Below are positions 8,438-18,535 of a stretch of DNA of 60,577 nt, piece by piece. Source of the stretch: Candidatus Micrarchaeota archaeon (GTDB lineage: Archaea > Micrarchaeota > Micrarchaeia > Micrarchaeales > CABMGC01); assembly GCA_028867135.1 (NCBI GenBank), contig JAGWGW010000006.1:1-60577 (forward strand). Direction: 5' to 3'. The notes under the pieces were generated by a model. It ran no database searches and had not been told where the DNA came from. It was given only the letters and a program-made list of their open reading frames with translations. Position numbers and translations under genes: made by a program. The number at the start of each line of letters is the position of its first letter. Positions within the stretch are counted from its first letter, which is position 1.

Positions 8438-9940
8438 TTGCATAATAGACACATGGACAAGGCACAAGTTTTCGGCATAATAGTTGTATTGGTAATATTG
8501 GCAGCGCTGGCCATCTTCTTGGCGAACCAGAATCCTGCGTCGCACAAGGGCCTTGGCCTGCTGTCAGTGCTGCTCACGGATCCTCCGCAGGTGCCGAACG
8601 GCACGCAGGCATTGGTTATAAGCTACTCATCGCTTGGGGTGCACACCGAAGGGGCTCAGGGCTCCGGATGGATCCAGTCTAACGCAAGCGGAACTGTCAA
8701 CCTCCTATCCCTTCTCAATCTCACCCAGACGATAGGCACCGTTTCAGTGCCGAACGGCACGCAGGTAAACCTGGTAAGATTCAGCGTCTCCTCCGCAAAG
8801 ATAACGATAAACAACATAACGTACAACGTCACGGTGCCCAGCGGAATGGTGCAGGCAAATGTCGAGGGCATGAACCATGTCAGCAGCAGCAGCGGCGTAC
8901 TGGTTTCGCTATCGCCCACAGTAGTTTCCATCCTGACATCAAACACCACAGTCTTCGTCCTTGTGCCATCGCTTCGCGCAGTAATAATCGCAAATGGCAC
9001 CAACCAGAGCACGGCACGTGTGGGCTTCAAGTCAAGGCTCCACGCAGAGGACAGAGACAGCCTGGAGCACACGGGCTCTAACATAACCGTAACCAACGCG
9101 TCATTGACGGTATCCGGGAACGTGACGGATCTTAGCGTCACAGTAAGGAACAACGGCAACCAGAGCGTGGCGCTGAAGCATGTGGCAATATTCGGGAACG
9201 TCTCAACCATGCTGAATTCAACGGCCATAGGGGACAATGCAGCAAGGGTAGAGGCCGAATTCGAGGACCAGCTAAGGAACAGCACCATATGTGCGAATAT
9301 CACGTCAAATTCAACGGTAAACGCATCTGCGTCTGCTAACAAGTCCGCAAACCTCAGTGTAGGCGCAAGGCCGATGTTCGATCTTCAAGGCAGCGGCCAA
9401 GGCAATGACGGTGCGAACGCATCAGCAAACCTGACAAGCAACATGAGCGGACGTGAAAACAGCGGCAATCAGAGCAAGCAGCAGGAATCGGACCATGTCA
9501 ACTTAAGCGCAAGCGACCGCATGAATGTCAATAATTCGGACTTCGGCGACATGGGCGAGCACCTGCAATCCAACTTGGGGCTTAGGATCAACGGGAGCGT
9601 ATGCACCGCTGCAGGCTTCGCAGAGTTCCAGGACAGGCTCAGGGCAAGGCTAGCAAACGCCACATCCGACTTTGCCCATGCCCAAGCGGACTTCAGGCTG
9701 GTCTCATTCCTGGTCGCGCAGAACGGAACCCTCGAGCTTCCCTACAACTTCGAGGACTTCAACGACACAGGATATTCGCTGCAGCCAAGCAGCTCGTTCA
9801 CATTCACCTTCAGCAACGTTATAGTGACCAGCGACGGCGGCCTTGTAATAAAACCGCTGCCTGGCAGCGCATACAGGATCAGGGTGGGCGGCGAGGAGGG
9901 CGCCTCAGCATCCACGAATCTCACTGCTACAGCAGGCTGA
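8438..9940 (+). CDS. large N-glycosylated surface protein (S-layer-like)
   Basis: N-terminal TM/signal anchor. More than 40 N-x-S/T sequons in 500 aa, with internal repeats (VPNGTQ…). Confidence 0.55.
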   Translation: MHNRHMDKAQVFGIIVVLVILAALAIFLANQNPASHKGLGLLSVLLTDPPQVPNGTQALVISYSSLGVHTEGAQGSGWIQSNASGTVNLLSLLNLTQTIGTVSVPNGTQVNLVRFSVSSAKITINNITYNVTVPSGMVQANVEGMNHVSSSSGVLVSLSPTVVSILTSNTTVFVLVPSLRAVIIANGTNQSTARVGFKSRLHAEDRDSLEHTGSNITVTNASLTVSGNVTDLSVTVRNNGNQSVALKHVAIFGNVSTMLNSTAIGDNAARVEAEFEDQLRNSTICANITSNSTVNASASANKSANLSVGARPMFDLQGSGQGNDGANASANLTSNMSGRENSGNQSKQQESDHVNLSASDRMNVNNSDFGDMGEHLQSNLGLRINGSVCTAAGFAEFQDRLRARLANATSDFAHAQADFRLVSFLVAQNGTLELPYNFEDFNDTGYSLQPSSSFTFTFSNVIVTSDGGLVIKPLPGSAYRIRVGGEEGASASTNLTATAG

Positions 9941-9981
9941 CCCTTTAAAGGACGTTATTTGCCGCGCTGCGCACGCCATTC

Positions 9982-10542
9982 CTACCTGTAGTGCACGGAC
10001 TCGTATCTTACATCGAGTTTTGCGGCTAACTGGGTCTTCTTCAGCAGCGAGAGCACGTCGCCAAACGCTCCTCCTGCGATGTAGAACTGCAGCTGATGCC
10101 CCGGCAGCGCAGCCCCCAGGTCGAGCAGCAGTACGGTATAGTTTACCGAAGGCCTGTTGGAGCCCGGCATGCCGCTTGCGTACGATATGCACCTGCTGAG
10201 CCTTACTGCTGTCACCTTATGGTAGGCATGCTTTATGCGTATGTCCATCTGCCCTGATGGCGACATCGCGCCAAGGCTTTTGCGGACAATGCCACATTGC
10301 GACACGTAATTCCTGAACATCTCCAGCCCCGCGCTGTCAAGGGGCTTCTCATCGAGCTGGGGCAGCAGCGCGCCCAGCACGAAGTTATCAGTAAGGATAA
10401 GCCTGTACGCTGTCGCGTCTGCGATTTTGCGGAACATCACATTGTTGGGGGTTGTTGCCGCAGGGCATATCTCGCCCACGACCTTCTCATCCCTGACGCT
10501 ATCGTAATAGTTTACCATGGATACGCTCTGCGCATTGGCCAT
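9982..10542 (-). CDS. hypothetical protein
   Basis: 186-aa ORF, divergent from thiE. No motif I can confidently assign. Confidence 0.35.
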   Translation of the reverse strand: MANAQSVSMVNYYDSVRDEKVVGEICPAATTPNNVMFRKIADATAYRLILTDNFVLGALLPQLDEKPLDSAGLEMFRNYVSQCGIVRKSLGAMSPSGQMDIRIKHAYHKVTAVRLSRCISYASGMPGSNRPSVNYTVLLLDLGAALPGHQLQFYIAGGAFGDVLSLLKKTQLAAKLDVRYESVHYR

Positions 10543-10720
10543 ACATCCATTTGCCTTTTCTCCTTTATAACGATGCCGCTTGATGTGGCCTGCGGTTCAG
10601 GCATGCCCGTTAGGCGCATTGAGACGCTGTACCTGCAGCGCTGCCGTATCGCTATCCCTTTTACCGAAACAAATCAGATGCTTCTAATATTCTCATTGCA
10701 GATTCCTCTTAGGTGGCATC

Positions 10721-11038
10721 ATGGTCCTGGTATGCCCCAAATGCGGGGCCGAGAACAGCGACGATACTGCAAAATGCAAGATATGCGGCAGCGCTATTGG
10801 AGATGCGGCCGTAGGCAAAAGGCCGACCCACTACAGGTCTGCCGTAGGATTCGTGCTTCTCCTGGCCGTAGTGGCCTTGGCGATACTTCTGTATCCTGTT
10901 ATAGCCTCAAAGCTGTCATCGCTTTACAAGAACATAGTTTCATCGACAACAACCGTTACCAGCATACCGACGACAACAGTCAACCAGTCGACTACCGTGC
11001 CGTGCATCATATGCATAGGCGACCACAGCGGCCATTGA
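10721..11038 (+). CDS. zinc-ribbon membrane protein
   Basis: CPKCG…CKICG zinc ribbon, then a TM helix and a Thr-rich tail. Preferred over the overlapping 10297..11052 ORF. Confidence 0.4.
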   Translation: MVLVCPKCGAENSDDTAKCKICGSAIGDAAVGKRPTHYRSAVGFVLLLAVVALAILLYPVIASKLSSLYKNIVSSTTTVTSIPTTTVNQSTTVPCIICIGDHSGH

Positions 11039-11089
11039 CGCACAAGATATAAAACTTGCATTCGCATATCTATCTCTGTCGGTCTTGAC

Positions 11090-11740
11090 ATGCACGCAGA
11101 AAAAAAGATACCCACAAAGCGAACGGTGCTTCCAAAGGGACTTTACGGAATAACGTCAAGGGATTTTGGAATGACCCACGTCCAGAGCGCCAGGGTGCTG
11201 CTTGGCGGCGGGGCCAAGTTAATCCAGTACAGGGAGAAGAAGGCAGGAACAGGAGCCATGATCGAAGAGGCAAGGGAGATCGGGCTTCTTTGCAAGGCCG
11301 AGAACGCCATTTTCATAGTGAATGACAGCGTAGAGGTTGCAATGGCTGTCGGGGCAGACGGGGTTCACGTGGGACATGAGGACGTGCCTGTCAAGGAAGC
11401 AAGGAGGTCGCTTCCCAACAAGATAATAGGCGCAAGCGCAGCCAGTGCTGAGGAGGCCGTGCGCGCAGAGCGAGACGGCGCAGACTACATAGGAGCTGCG
11501 GCAATCTTCCATTCCCTCAGAAGCAAGCCGGATGCAAGAGTGATAGGCCTCGAGGAGCTGAAAAGGATAAGGGATTCGGTCAAGATACCCGTATATGCTA
11601 TTGGTGGCATAAGGATGGAGCACCTCAAGACCCTCAAGCAATATGGAATTGACGGTTTTACCGTGATCTCAACGATACTAGCATCAGAGGATCCTGAGGC
11701 TGTTGCGAAGGAGTTCATCAACGGATGGCTGCGCGCCTGA
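11090..11740 (+). CDS. thiE: thiamine-phosphate synthase
   Basis: LYGITSRDFG…GADGVHVGHEDVP…IIGASAASAEEA…GADYIGAAAIFHS…IPVYAIGGI…GIDGFTVIS pattern. Confidence 0.75.
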   Translation: MHAEKKIPTKRTVLPKGLYGITSRDFGMTHVQSARVLLGGGAKLIQYREKKAGTGAMIEEAREIGLLCKAENAIFIVNDSVEVAMAVGADGVHVGHEDVPVKEARRSLPNKIIGASAASAEEAVRAERDGADYIGAAAIFHSLRSKPDARVIGLEELKRIRDSVKIPVYAIGGIRMEHLKTLKQYGIDGFTVISTILASEDPEAVAKEFINGWLRA

Positions 11741-12400
11741 CTATTTGCCCTCCTTCCCCTTTGCCGCAGAATCAAGACCGCGCCACAGGTATAGCGTTGC
11801 GATAGAACCGTACGGCCTCCATTTCGATGACAGTTTCTCCATGTCCTTCCTTTCGGGCATCTCCTTGAGCCTGTATGCCGCCCGTATCCCTTTTCTGAAC
11901 CCTAGGTCATCCATCGGCAGCACGTCCACTCTTCCCAGGCTGAACAAAAGGAACATCTCCGCGGTCCATCTGCCTATGCCCTTGACCTCGTCGAGCATCG
12001 TGACAACCTCCTCATCGCTCATCATCTCGACTCCTTCAAGCTTCAGCCTTCCATCATTGATGCGCTCACAAAGGTCCTTGATGTAGCCGTACTTCTGCGG
12101 GGATATGCCTGCTGACCTGAGCCTCTTCTCGCTAGTGCGCAAATATTCCTTAGGAGTCGGTATCCTGCCATTGTACAATCCCTTGAACTTCTTCAGTATC
12201 GCCCTTGCCGCCGAGCCGGCCAATTGCTGGAAGAGTATGGATTCCACGAGAGATTCGTAGTAGCCGCTGCCGTCGATCTCGAACGCGATAGGGCCCACGT
12301 TCCTGACGATATTCGCCATGACCTTGTCCTTCTTGATCAGGTACCTTCTGCCCCTGTTCCATATCCTCTTGTCGTTTAGGAGCTCGGATCCGACTTCCAT
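11741..12400 (-). CDS. HhH-GPD DNA glycosylase (AlkA/3-methyladenine glycosylase II-like)
   Basis: HhH-GPD signature VKGIGRWTAEMFLLFSLGRVDVLPMDDLGFRKG. Start assigned at MEVGSELL; the ORF is open upstream to 12472. Confidence 0.6.
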   Translation of the reverse strand: MEVGSELLNDKRIWNRGRRYLIKKDKVMANIVRNVGPIAFEIDGSGYYESLVESILFQQLAGSAARAILKKFKGLYNGRIPTPKEYLRTSEKRLRSAGISPQKYGYIKDLCERINDGRLKLEGVEMMSDEEVVTMLDEVKGIGRWTAEMFLLFSLGRVDVLPMDDLGFRKGIRAAYRLKEMPERKDMEKLSSKWRPYGSIATLYLWRGLDSAAKGKEGK

Positions 12401-12405
12401 CGTAC

Positions 12406-12924
12406 TCACCGCACGATCCTGGAACCGCACTTCTCGCAGAACTTGGCGTCTGCGCTGTTCTTCGCGCCGCACTTGCTGCAGTATATGCCAGGGTCCGCGT
12501 CCTGGGCAGTTGGAGCGGTGTCCTGGGGCGACTGCCTGCCGTCTATCCTCTGGTTTACGTAATCTGCAAGCTGCCTTGCATCGTCCGCATTCAATCCTAC
12601 GATCTCCCCCTCCTCCTTGCCCTTTGGGATGAGTCCCTTGTCCTCGCTGAAACCCTCGATCCTTATGAATACGCTCGAGAAGATTATTCCCTTGTCCAGC
12701 CTGACCTCGGTTATCTTCTCATAGGGTATGCTTTCGTAGTCCCCCCTTAGCCCGAGCGCAGACCTGTTGACCATTATGACCCTCCTGTCAGTTGCAACGA
12801 TGAAGGAAGGCACCACCCTGTTGCCTCCAGGAGCAATTCTGCTCTGGCTAGCGGTCATTATAATTTTTTCGTCAGGCGTAAGAAGGCCCTTGACCCTCTC
12901 GACGTCTCCCTGATTGACAGCCAT
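12406..12924 (-). CDS. PH-like (DUF304-type) domain protein with C-terminal zinc ribbon
   Basis: Central bPH-like region. C-terminus CSKCGAKNSADAKFCEKCG. Confidence 0.4.
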   Translation of the reverse strand: MAVNQGDVERVKGLLTPDEKIIMTASQSRIAPGGNRVVPSFIVATDRRVIMVNRSALGLRGDYESIPYEKITEVRLDKGIIFSSVFIRIEGFSEDKGLIPKGKEEGEIVGLNADDARQLADYVNQRIDGRQSPQDTAPTAQDADPGIYCSKCGAKNSADAKFCEKCGSRIVR

Positions 12925-12986
12925 GAGTAAATATCGGAATTAGCTATAATATACTATCTGAATATTTCGAAGCCCTGATGCATGCC

Positions 12987-14684
12987 TCAGTACCTTACCT
13001 TGAGCTTCGTTATGCCGCCCCTGCTTCCGACATGGGCATACTCGCCGGTTCCATCGTCGTTTCTTTTTATTACCTTGAAGCCTTCAGGAAGCCTTCCATC
13101 CCTGCCCGCAGCCTTCAATGCAGGCCCGAGGAACTCGCGGTCCTTCTCCAAAAGGTTACCCTTCCCCATGGTCCTTTCCGCCTCTCCAAGAAGCAGGTTC
13201 TCGTGTACAGGGACGTACATCGAAGCAGGAAGATTTACAGGATTTCCGAGCACGATCACATTATTCCCTATCGTTGCGGAGTCTATGTGCGCCTCGGTCC
13301 AGAGCACCTTGCTGAACGCTCCGCTTCCGTATGACGATTCGTTGCCTTCTATGACTGCGCTGCCGTCCGCCCCCAGCATGTCATTTAGCATGCCTGCGCT
13401 CAGCTTCTTGGCGTATTCCTGGAGCCCGCTCGCCCTCATGACCACTTTCGCGCTTGCGTAGCCGTTGCCGTATTTTCCAGGAAGCACAAGCCCCCCATCT
13501 ATGTTGAGCTTCTTGCAGAACGCGTTGAACTCATCAGTAGCGTTCTCCCTGACTGCCTTGTACCAGTTCCAGTAGGCAGTCAGCTGCGGATTCTTCTCAA
13601 TATAATCTATGAAGTCTGCCTCCTCCAGCATCCTGGAGCCTTTCTTGTTGAATGCGGCAACAGTAGCATCGAACATGTCAGTGAACCTCGAATAGCCGAG
13701 GCGCGGCTCAGGGCCAACTCCAGGCCTGCCTTCTATCTCCTTAAGCAGGGCAGGATTGGTCTCCCTCAGCCAATGCGCGAACAATGGCGTAGCAGAGTAG
13801 ATCGCCTGCTTCGGGAACGGGACGTGGGTTACCACGGATTCGGGATTGGGCTTCCTGCCCGTAAGTTTCTCATAAGCCCTTTCGGCGTCCTCGTACGCCT
13901 TTGCGACCACGTACACGTACATCCTCTCGGAAAACTTGCCGTGTACTGTCGGGGTCTCGCTGCCGAACTTGTTGAAATCTGATGCTGGTATATGGAACGC
14001 GCCGGATCCTTTTCCGTACATGACCTCCACGAGCTTCGGATTCTTCGTTATCCATGCGAGTGTAGCCGCTGAACCCTGCGTCACCTCTGCGTTCGGCGCC
14101 TTGTTATGGTCGTAGATTGCGGTGTCCACGCTCAGGACCAGCGCGCTGTTCGGCATCCCTATTGCATGGTTCGCAAATATTGTCGATACGGCCTGCTCGA
14201 GTGCTATGCCCTCCCCTGCGCATGCGAAAGTTATCTGGATCGGTGTCGCCCTCTTGAGCATCTCAACTATCGTCCTGTTCCTTCCCTCGTCCTCCGCAAG
14301 CAGCTTCGAATAGACCATGAGAAGCGCAGGAGTGAGCTCCGGTCTGCTCCTATCCACGTTGCTTTCTGTGGCAAAGTAAATGTGCGTTATGGGCTCATCC
14401 ATTAGCTTAGCCCTCTCTCCGGGGTCATCCAGCGTTTTCTTCAGGAACTTGTAAAGAACGTCAGCGGTCAACGTCGCGTTCGTTTCTGAGAAGCTTGGGT
14501 ACCTGTTGCCCTCTATCATCAGCCCTTTCCTAAGCTTGCCCTCGCTCTGGAGCTGTTCGCCGGTGCTTACGTTTACCCCCTCGGCCAGCTCAGCTGCGGT
14601 AAACTGCACGCTGCCAGCCTTTAGCACAAGCGTCGTGATCCCTATCCTTGGGAAATTGTCCGGAGAATCTAGTTTGCCGTTCAT
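12987..14684 (-). CDS. hydroxymethylglutaryl-CoA synthase-like condensing enzyme (extended, 565 aa)
   Basis: Blocks align to archaeal HMG-CoA synthase: ATESNVD, active-site FACAGEG, ALVLSVDTAIYD…AEVTQGSAAT, FPK, SYGSGAF, and C-terminal GEYAHVG. Confidence 0.6.
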   Translation of the reverse strand: MNGKLDSPDNFPRIGITTLVLKAGSVQFTAAELAEGVNVSTGEQLQSEGKLRKGLMIEGNRYPSFSETNATLTADVLYKFLKKTLDDPGERAKLMDEPITHIYFATESNVDRSRPELTPALLMVYSKLLAEDEGRNRTIVEMLKRATPIQITFACAGEGIALEQAVSTIFANHAIGMPNSALVLSVDTAIYDHNKAPNAEVTQGSAATLAWITKNPKLVEVMYGKGSGAFHIPASDFNKFGSETPTVHGKFSERMYVYVVAKAYEDAERAYEKLTGRKPNPESVVTHVPFPKQAIYSATPLFAHWLRETNPALLKEIEGRPGVGPEPRLGYSRFTDMFDATVAAFNKKGSRMLEEADFIDYIEKNPQLTAYWNWYKAVRENATDEFNAFCKKLNIDGGLVLPGKYGNGYASAKVVMRASGLQEYAKKLSAGMLNDMLGADGSAVIEGNESSYGSGAFSKVLWTEAHIDSATIGNNVIVLGNPVNLPASMYVPVHENLLLGEAERTMGKGNLLEKDREFLGPALKAAGRDGRLPEGFKVIKRNDDGTGEYAHVGSRGGITKLKVRY

Positions 14685-14971
14685 GCCTTCACCTTCGTGC
14701 CATTCTGCCTTGCGTCTTGATTTCCGTACAGGATCCTGTCGAACGCCTCATTTCTGGGCGTCACCATGCCGTCTCCATGATAAGCAAAATACGCCTCTGC
14801 AAAGCTTAATGCCCTGGTCCTGTCTGCTTTAGCGCTGCCGTTTCTCAATTGCCCTGCAAGCAGCATCTCAAATTCTCTATCCCTAGGGGCGGGCATCTTT
14901 ATCCCATGGTAGTCCATGACTGCCGCCTCGAAGCTGACAGCCTTGCCTGAGCTTCCGTTCTTATTTGACAT
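14681..14971 (-). CDS. small hypothetical protein, translationally coupled to the HMGS-like gene
   Basis: 96-aa ORF whose stop overlaps the downstream start (ATGA). Confidence 0.3.
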   Translation of the reverse strand: MSNKNGSSGKAVSFEAAVMDYHGIKMPAPRDREFEMLLAGQLRNGSAKADRTRALSFAEAYFAYHGDGMVTPRNEAFDRILYGNQDARQNGTKVKA

Positions 14972-15001
14972 TCGATCAACGTGGGATTAGTGAAAATGCA
15001 G

Positions 15002-15799
15002 CTATTTAAAAAGGGGTTTGGGGATAGGACAAAGGACGAACATGCTCGTCTCCCTTTTAACCCCATCCATGTGCACCTTTGCGATCCTCCTTACCTCTTC
15101 AGTGGCATAAGGCGACGCTATCGAGACGCTTGCCTCCTCCATCAGCGCGACGTCGCCCTCGCTGTCCCCTATGACGGCTGAGCGCCTGACAGGGGGCAAG
15201 CCAAGTTCATGTAGCTTCCTTTCAGTGGCATCAAGCTTTGTTGTCCTGTCGACCATGCATACATCTATGCCTTCAAGCTCCCTCGATATCCCCTGCCTTA
15301 TCTTTCCGAACCTGTCAGTGTTCGACGCAAAACCCGCTGTCTTAAGGCCCAGGTGGTCGAGGTAGCTGACAGCCGCTTCGCACACCATGGAACCGTTCAT
15401 CGACGAGATGAATACCGGCATTGGCTGAAGCTCGAGCATCAGCCCCAGCGTCTGCTTCACGGCATTCGCCTGTATGTATCGCCTTGCAAAATAGAACATG
15501 TCCTCATCATCCCCCATCCCGTTCCTTACCATCGAATCGTAGAGCCTCTTGAGCCCCAGCGAGACCCCGTCACGCTCGTTCCTCCTTACTGCGCGCTTTA
15601 TGGCAAGGCCGTCGCCCATGAACCTAAGCGGCCGGATGGGATGCCTTGCGAGCTCCCTTCCCCTTAGCGTCTCCCTGAGGTATCCGAGCGCGATGCCCCT
15701 TTCTGCAGCGTTGCCTTTCCAAAGGGTCTTGTCGCCATCGCTTATTACCAGCTCGGCCTCCCTCCTCACCAGTTGCGCTATCTTATGGCCGTTATGCAA
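15002..15799 (-). CDS. HAD-superfamily hydrolase (SerB/phosphatase-like)
   Basis: DxDxT motif (ISDGDKTLW) and overall HAD fold pattern. Confidence 0.5.
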   Translation of the reverse strand: MHNGHKIAQLVRREAELVISDGDKTLWKGNAAERGIALGYLRETLRGRELARHPIRPLRFMGDGLAIKRAVRRNERDGVSLGLKRLYDSMVRNGMGDDEDMFYFARRYIQANAVKQTLGLMLELQPMPVFISSMNGSMVCEAAVSYLDHLGLKTAGFASNTDRFGKIRQGISRELEGIDVCMVDRTTKLDATERKLHELGLPPVRRSAVIGDSEGDVALMEEASVSIASPYATEEVRRIAKVHMDGVKRETSMFVLCPIPKPLFK

Positions 15800-15928
15800 T
15801 CAATCATCCGGTAGTGCATCTGTGCATGACCTGGTTTAATATACGGGATATCGCAGTCGGCAATAAGCGAAGCCGCATCTTTTAATAATTGTATTGAATA
15901 TAATGAATCGGTATCCCATAGTGGTCAA

Positions 15929-16735
15929 ATGAACAACAAGCTGTTCTACGGCATAATCGCCCTGATAATCGTGGCCGCGCTCCTGGCGTTCTTCATCTTC
16001 GGGTTCAACGGCTCGAAGAAGCAGGACCTGACAGCTTATGACGACCAGCCGGTTTCGCCTGCAGTCCTTGCGAAGCTTAACGTGCCTGCAAGCGTCAGCC
16101 AGTCGGTCGGAATAGGCGTCGCAACCCCTCCAATGAGGGTGAACGGCACCCCGATGCGGATCAACGGCAAGGCCGTCGTAGTCTACGTAGGCGCGGAGTA
16201 CTGCCCATACTGTGCAGCGCAGAGATGGCCGATGGTGATAGCGCTCATGAGGTTCGGCAGCTTCTCCGGATTGAGGTACATGACATCCGACCCGCGTGAC
16301 GTATTCCCGAGCACCCCTACATTCACGTTCCACAACTCGACGTACACAAGCCAGTATGTCGTCTTCATGCCTGTGGAAACGACAAACAACACAGGCGCAA
16401 GGCTGGAAACCCCAAACCAGCTGCAGAATGCGACATTCAACGCCTACGACCTGCACAACCCGGCCATACCTTCTAGCAACAGGGGCAGCATACCGTTCAC
16501 GGATTTCGGCAACCGCACCATAATACTCGGATCCAGCTACCAGCCGACCGCGCTGAACAACCTCAACTGGTCGCAGATAGCAACGGAGATGAACGACCCT
16601 TCAACGCTGCAGGCCCAGTCGATCGTCGGCACGGCCGATCTCATGACCGCGCAGATATGCACGATAATAAACAATTCAGATACGACTGTTTGCAATCAGC
16701 AGTACGTGAAGCAGATACAGAAGAGCCTGGGTTGA
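15929..16735 (+). CDS. DUF929 family thioredoxin-like membrane-anchored protein
   Basis: N-terminal TM segment. [16 protein letters not shown] motif typical of DUF929. Confidence 0.6.
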   Translation: MNNKLFYGIIALIIVAALLAFFIFGFNGSKKQDLTAYDDQPVSPAVLAKLNVPASVSQSVGIGVATPPMRVNGTPMRINGKAVVVYVGAEYCPYCAAQRWPMVIALMRFGSFSGLRYMTSDPRDVFPSTPTFTFHNSTYTSQYVVFMPVETTNNTGARLETPNQLQNATFNAYDLHNPAIPSSNRGSIPFTDFGNRTIILGSSYQPTALNNLNWSQIATEMNDPSTLQAQSIVGTADLMTAQICTIINNSDTTVCNQQYVKQIQKSLG

Positions 16736-16738
16736 TGC

Positions 16739-17128
16739 ATGGGGACTGCTGAAAAGGCGATAATAGCAATCTCGCTACTCGGCCTCGCTGTGACTGCGTA
16801 CCTAATACTATATCATTACTCGGCTGTTCAGCTTGTCTGCCCGAACGGCGGAGGAGCCATAAACTGCGAGAAGATACTCAACAGCAGCTACTCTGTCGTA
16901 CACGGGGTGCCGCTGCCTGTCATAGGCTTTGCCTTCTTCATCATCGAGCTCCTCTTCCTCAGGATAAAGGCCAAGGAACCGATAGTCTTCCTCAACGCGC
17001 TGGCTGTCGCTGTGGTAGTATTCCTGATATACATCGAGTACACGCTGGGAAGCATATGCCTGTGGTGCACCACGGTGCACATCCTCGTAATCGCGCTTTT
17101 CCTAGTTTCGCTCTACCGCGCGAAATAA
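16739..17128 (+). CDS. vitamin K epoxide reductase (VKOR)-like membrane protein
   Basis: Four TM helices with CxxC (CLWC) in the last helix and LVCPNGGGAINCE in the loop. Adjacent to DUF929. Confidence 0.6.
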   Translation: MGTAEKAIIAISLLGLAVTAYLILYHYSAVQLVCPNGGGAINCEKILNSSYSVVHGVPLPVIGFAFFIIELLFLRIKAKEPIVFLNALAVAVVVFLIYIEYTLGSICLWCTTVHILVIALFLVSLYRAK

Positions 17129-17133
17129 TCTGC

Positions 17134-18042
17134 TCATCTGCCTATCTTTCTCTCTATCTCGAGCAGTAGGTCCAGTATCAGCCCGGATATCCAGAACAGG
17201 AAGCCGAGCATCACCATGAAGAACGCAATCAGGGCCCTTCCGGTCTCCGCAAACCTTCCGGTCCTCAGGAAGTCGTAGAACACGTTCAATCCAAGAATCA
17301 GCCCTATTATTATTACTATGACACCGAGTCCGCCGAATATCGCGAGCGGGCTGTAGTCCCTCAACTGCCTGATTATGTGCGACGCCACGTTTATCCCATA
17401 TACGAACTTCGACCTGGTAAGCTTCGACGACCCGTATCTTCTCCTGTAATACTTAATGCCCACCTCCTTTATATCACATCCCCTTCGCGCAAGCTCTATG
17501 GCGAAGAAGGCGATTCCCGCCCTGTAAGGCTCTATGTTCCTTATCTCGTTGAACGCGCTCCTTTTCGTAACGAACAGGCCGGTTAGCACATCGTGCACCT
17601 CCGTCTTGTAAAGCACCCTGAACAGCCAGCTCAGTATGCTGTTGCCTATTATTATGTACCAGCTCATGGAGCCCCTCTCGAGATGCCCCATCCTGTTCCC
17701 CAGCACAAGGTCGGCCTTGCCTTCCTTGACCAGCCTGAAGCCATCCTTCAGGCCCGCGGGGTCGTGCGTCCCGTCAGCGTCGATGCTTGCGAGTACGTTC
17801 CCCCTCGCAGCCCTCAGCCCCATCATTATCGCCCTCTCGACCCCCCTGTCCCTCTGCCTGATCACCCTCGCCCCGGTCTTCTGCAGCCTCCTGAAGTAGG
17901 CGTTGCCGCTCTTGTCAACTATTATTATCTCGGTCCCGTTTCCCAGAAGCCTACGTATGTCCTTGACCAGCTGGAAGACGCTCTCCTCGTCTATCGTTGG
18001 TATTACGACGCTTATCTCAGGTTTCATGGCCTCGAGATACAA
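17134..18042 (-). CDS. GT2 glycosyltransferase, dolichyl-phosphate mannose/glucose synthase-like
   Basis: ISVVIPTIDEE, DADGTHDP (DxD-type) and two C-terminal TM helices. Confidence 0.6.
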   Translation of the reverse strand: MYLEAMKPEISVVIPTIDEESVFQLVKDIRRLLGNGTEIIIVDKSGNAYFRRLQKTGARVIRQRDRGVERAIMMGLRAARGNVLASIDADGTHDPAGLKDGFRLVKEGKADLVLGNRMGHLERGSMSWYIIIGNSILSWLFRVLYKTEVHDVLTGLFVTKRSAFNEIRNIEPYRAGIAFFAIELARRGCDIKEVGIKYYRRRYGSSKLTRSKFVYGINVASHIIRQLRDYSPLAIFGGLGVIVIIIGLILGLNVFYDFLRTGRFAETGRALIAFFMVMLGFLFWISGLILDLLLEIERKIGR

Positions 18043-18186
18043 TGGGCATGTAAAGCTTTTAAATTGCTAACAGTCCTTAAAAAGCGAATTTTCGCAATGC
18101 CCCTCTGCCAGAAACAAAAAGAAAGGTATAAATATCTTTAATAGTTTAAATTTAAACTGTTTAGAATTAAACCATAGAGTGAGCCC

Positions 18187-18531
18187 TTGGAGGGAATATT
18201 TTCAAACAGGATGCACAAGGAGATGAGGCGCACGCTGCTCAAGCTCATAATCCTTACGAAGGCGAGCAGGTCCAGGCTGTACCCGTATTCGCTGATCAAG
18301 AAGCTGATCAGCGAGAAGATGTTCTATTCCGACGACACGGAGATCAAGAACGACGTTTACAATGCGGTAAGCACGCTTGAGCATTTCGGGCTGATCAAGA
18401 TGTCCGAAAGGACCGGAAAAGGCAGGAACAAGACATACTATTCGATAACGAAGAAGGGAAGGGATGCGCTCAAGACCGCGATGCGGATGAGGCTCAAGAT
18501 GAGGAAATACACTGAAAGCCTGATGGGGTGA
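18187..18531 (+). CDS. PadR-family transcriptional regulator
   Basis: Winged-HTH pattern (YPYSLIKKL…YYSITKKGRDAL). Immediately upstream of the ABC genes. Confidence 0.55.
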   Translation: MEGIFSNRMHKEMRRTLLKLIILTKASRSRLYPYSLIKKLISEKMFYSDDTEIKNDVYNAVSTLEHFGLIKMSERTGKGRNKTYYSITKKGRDALKTAMRMRLKMRKYTESLMG

Positions 18532-18535
18532 ACCG

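Noticed and set aside
10297-11052. 251-aa plus-strand ORF overlapping the 9982..10542 gene and the zinc-ribbon ORF
   Set aside because: Arg/His/Cys-rich, overlaps a better minus-strand ORF. The in-phase 10721..11038 zinc-ribbon/TM ORF is more credible.
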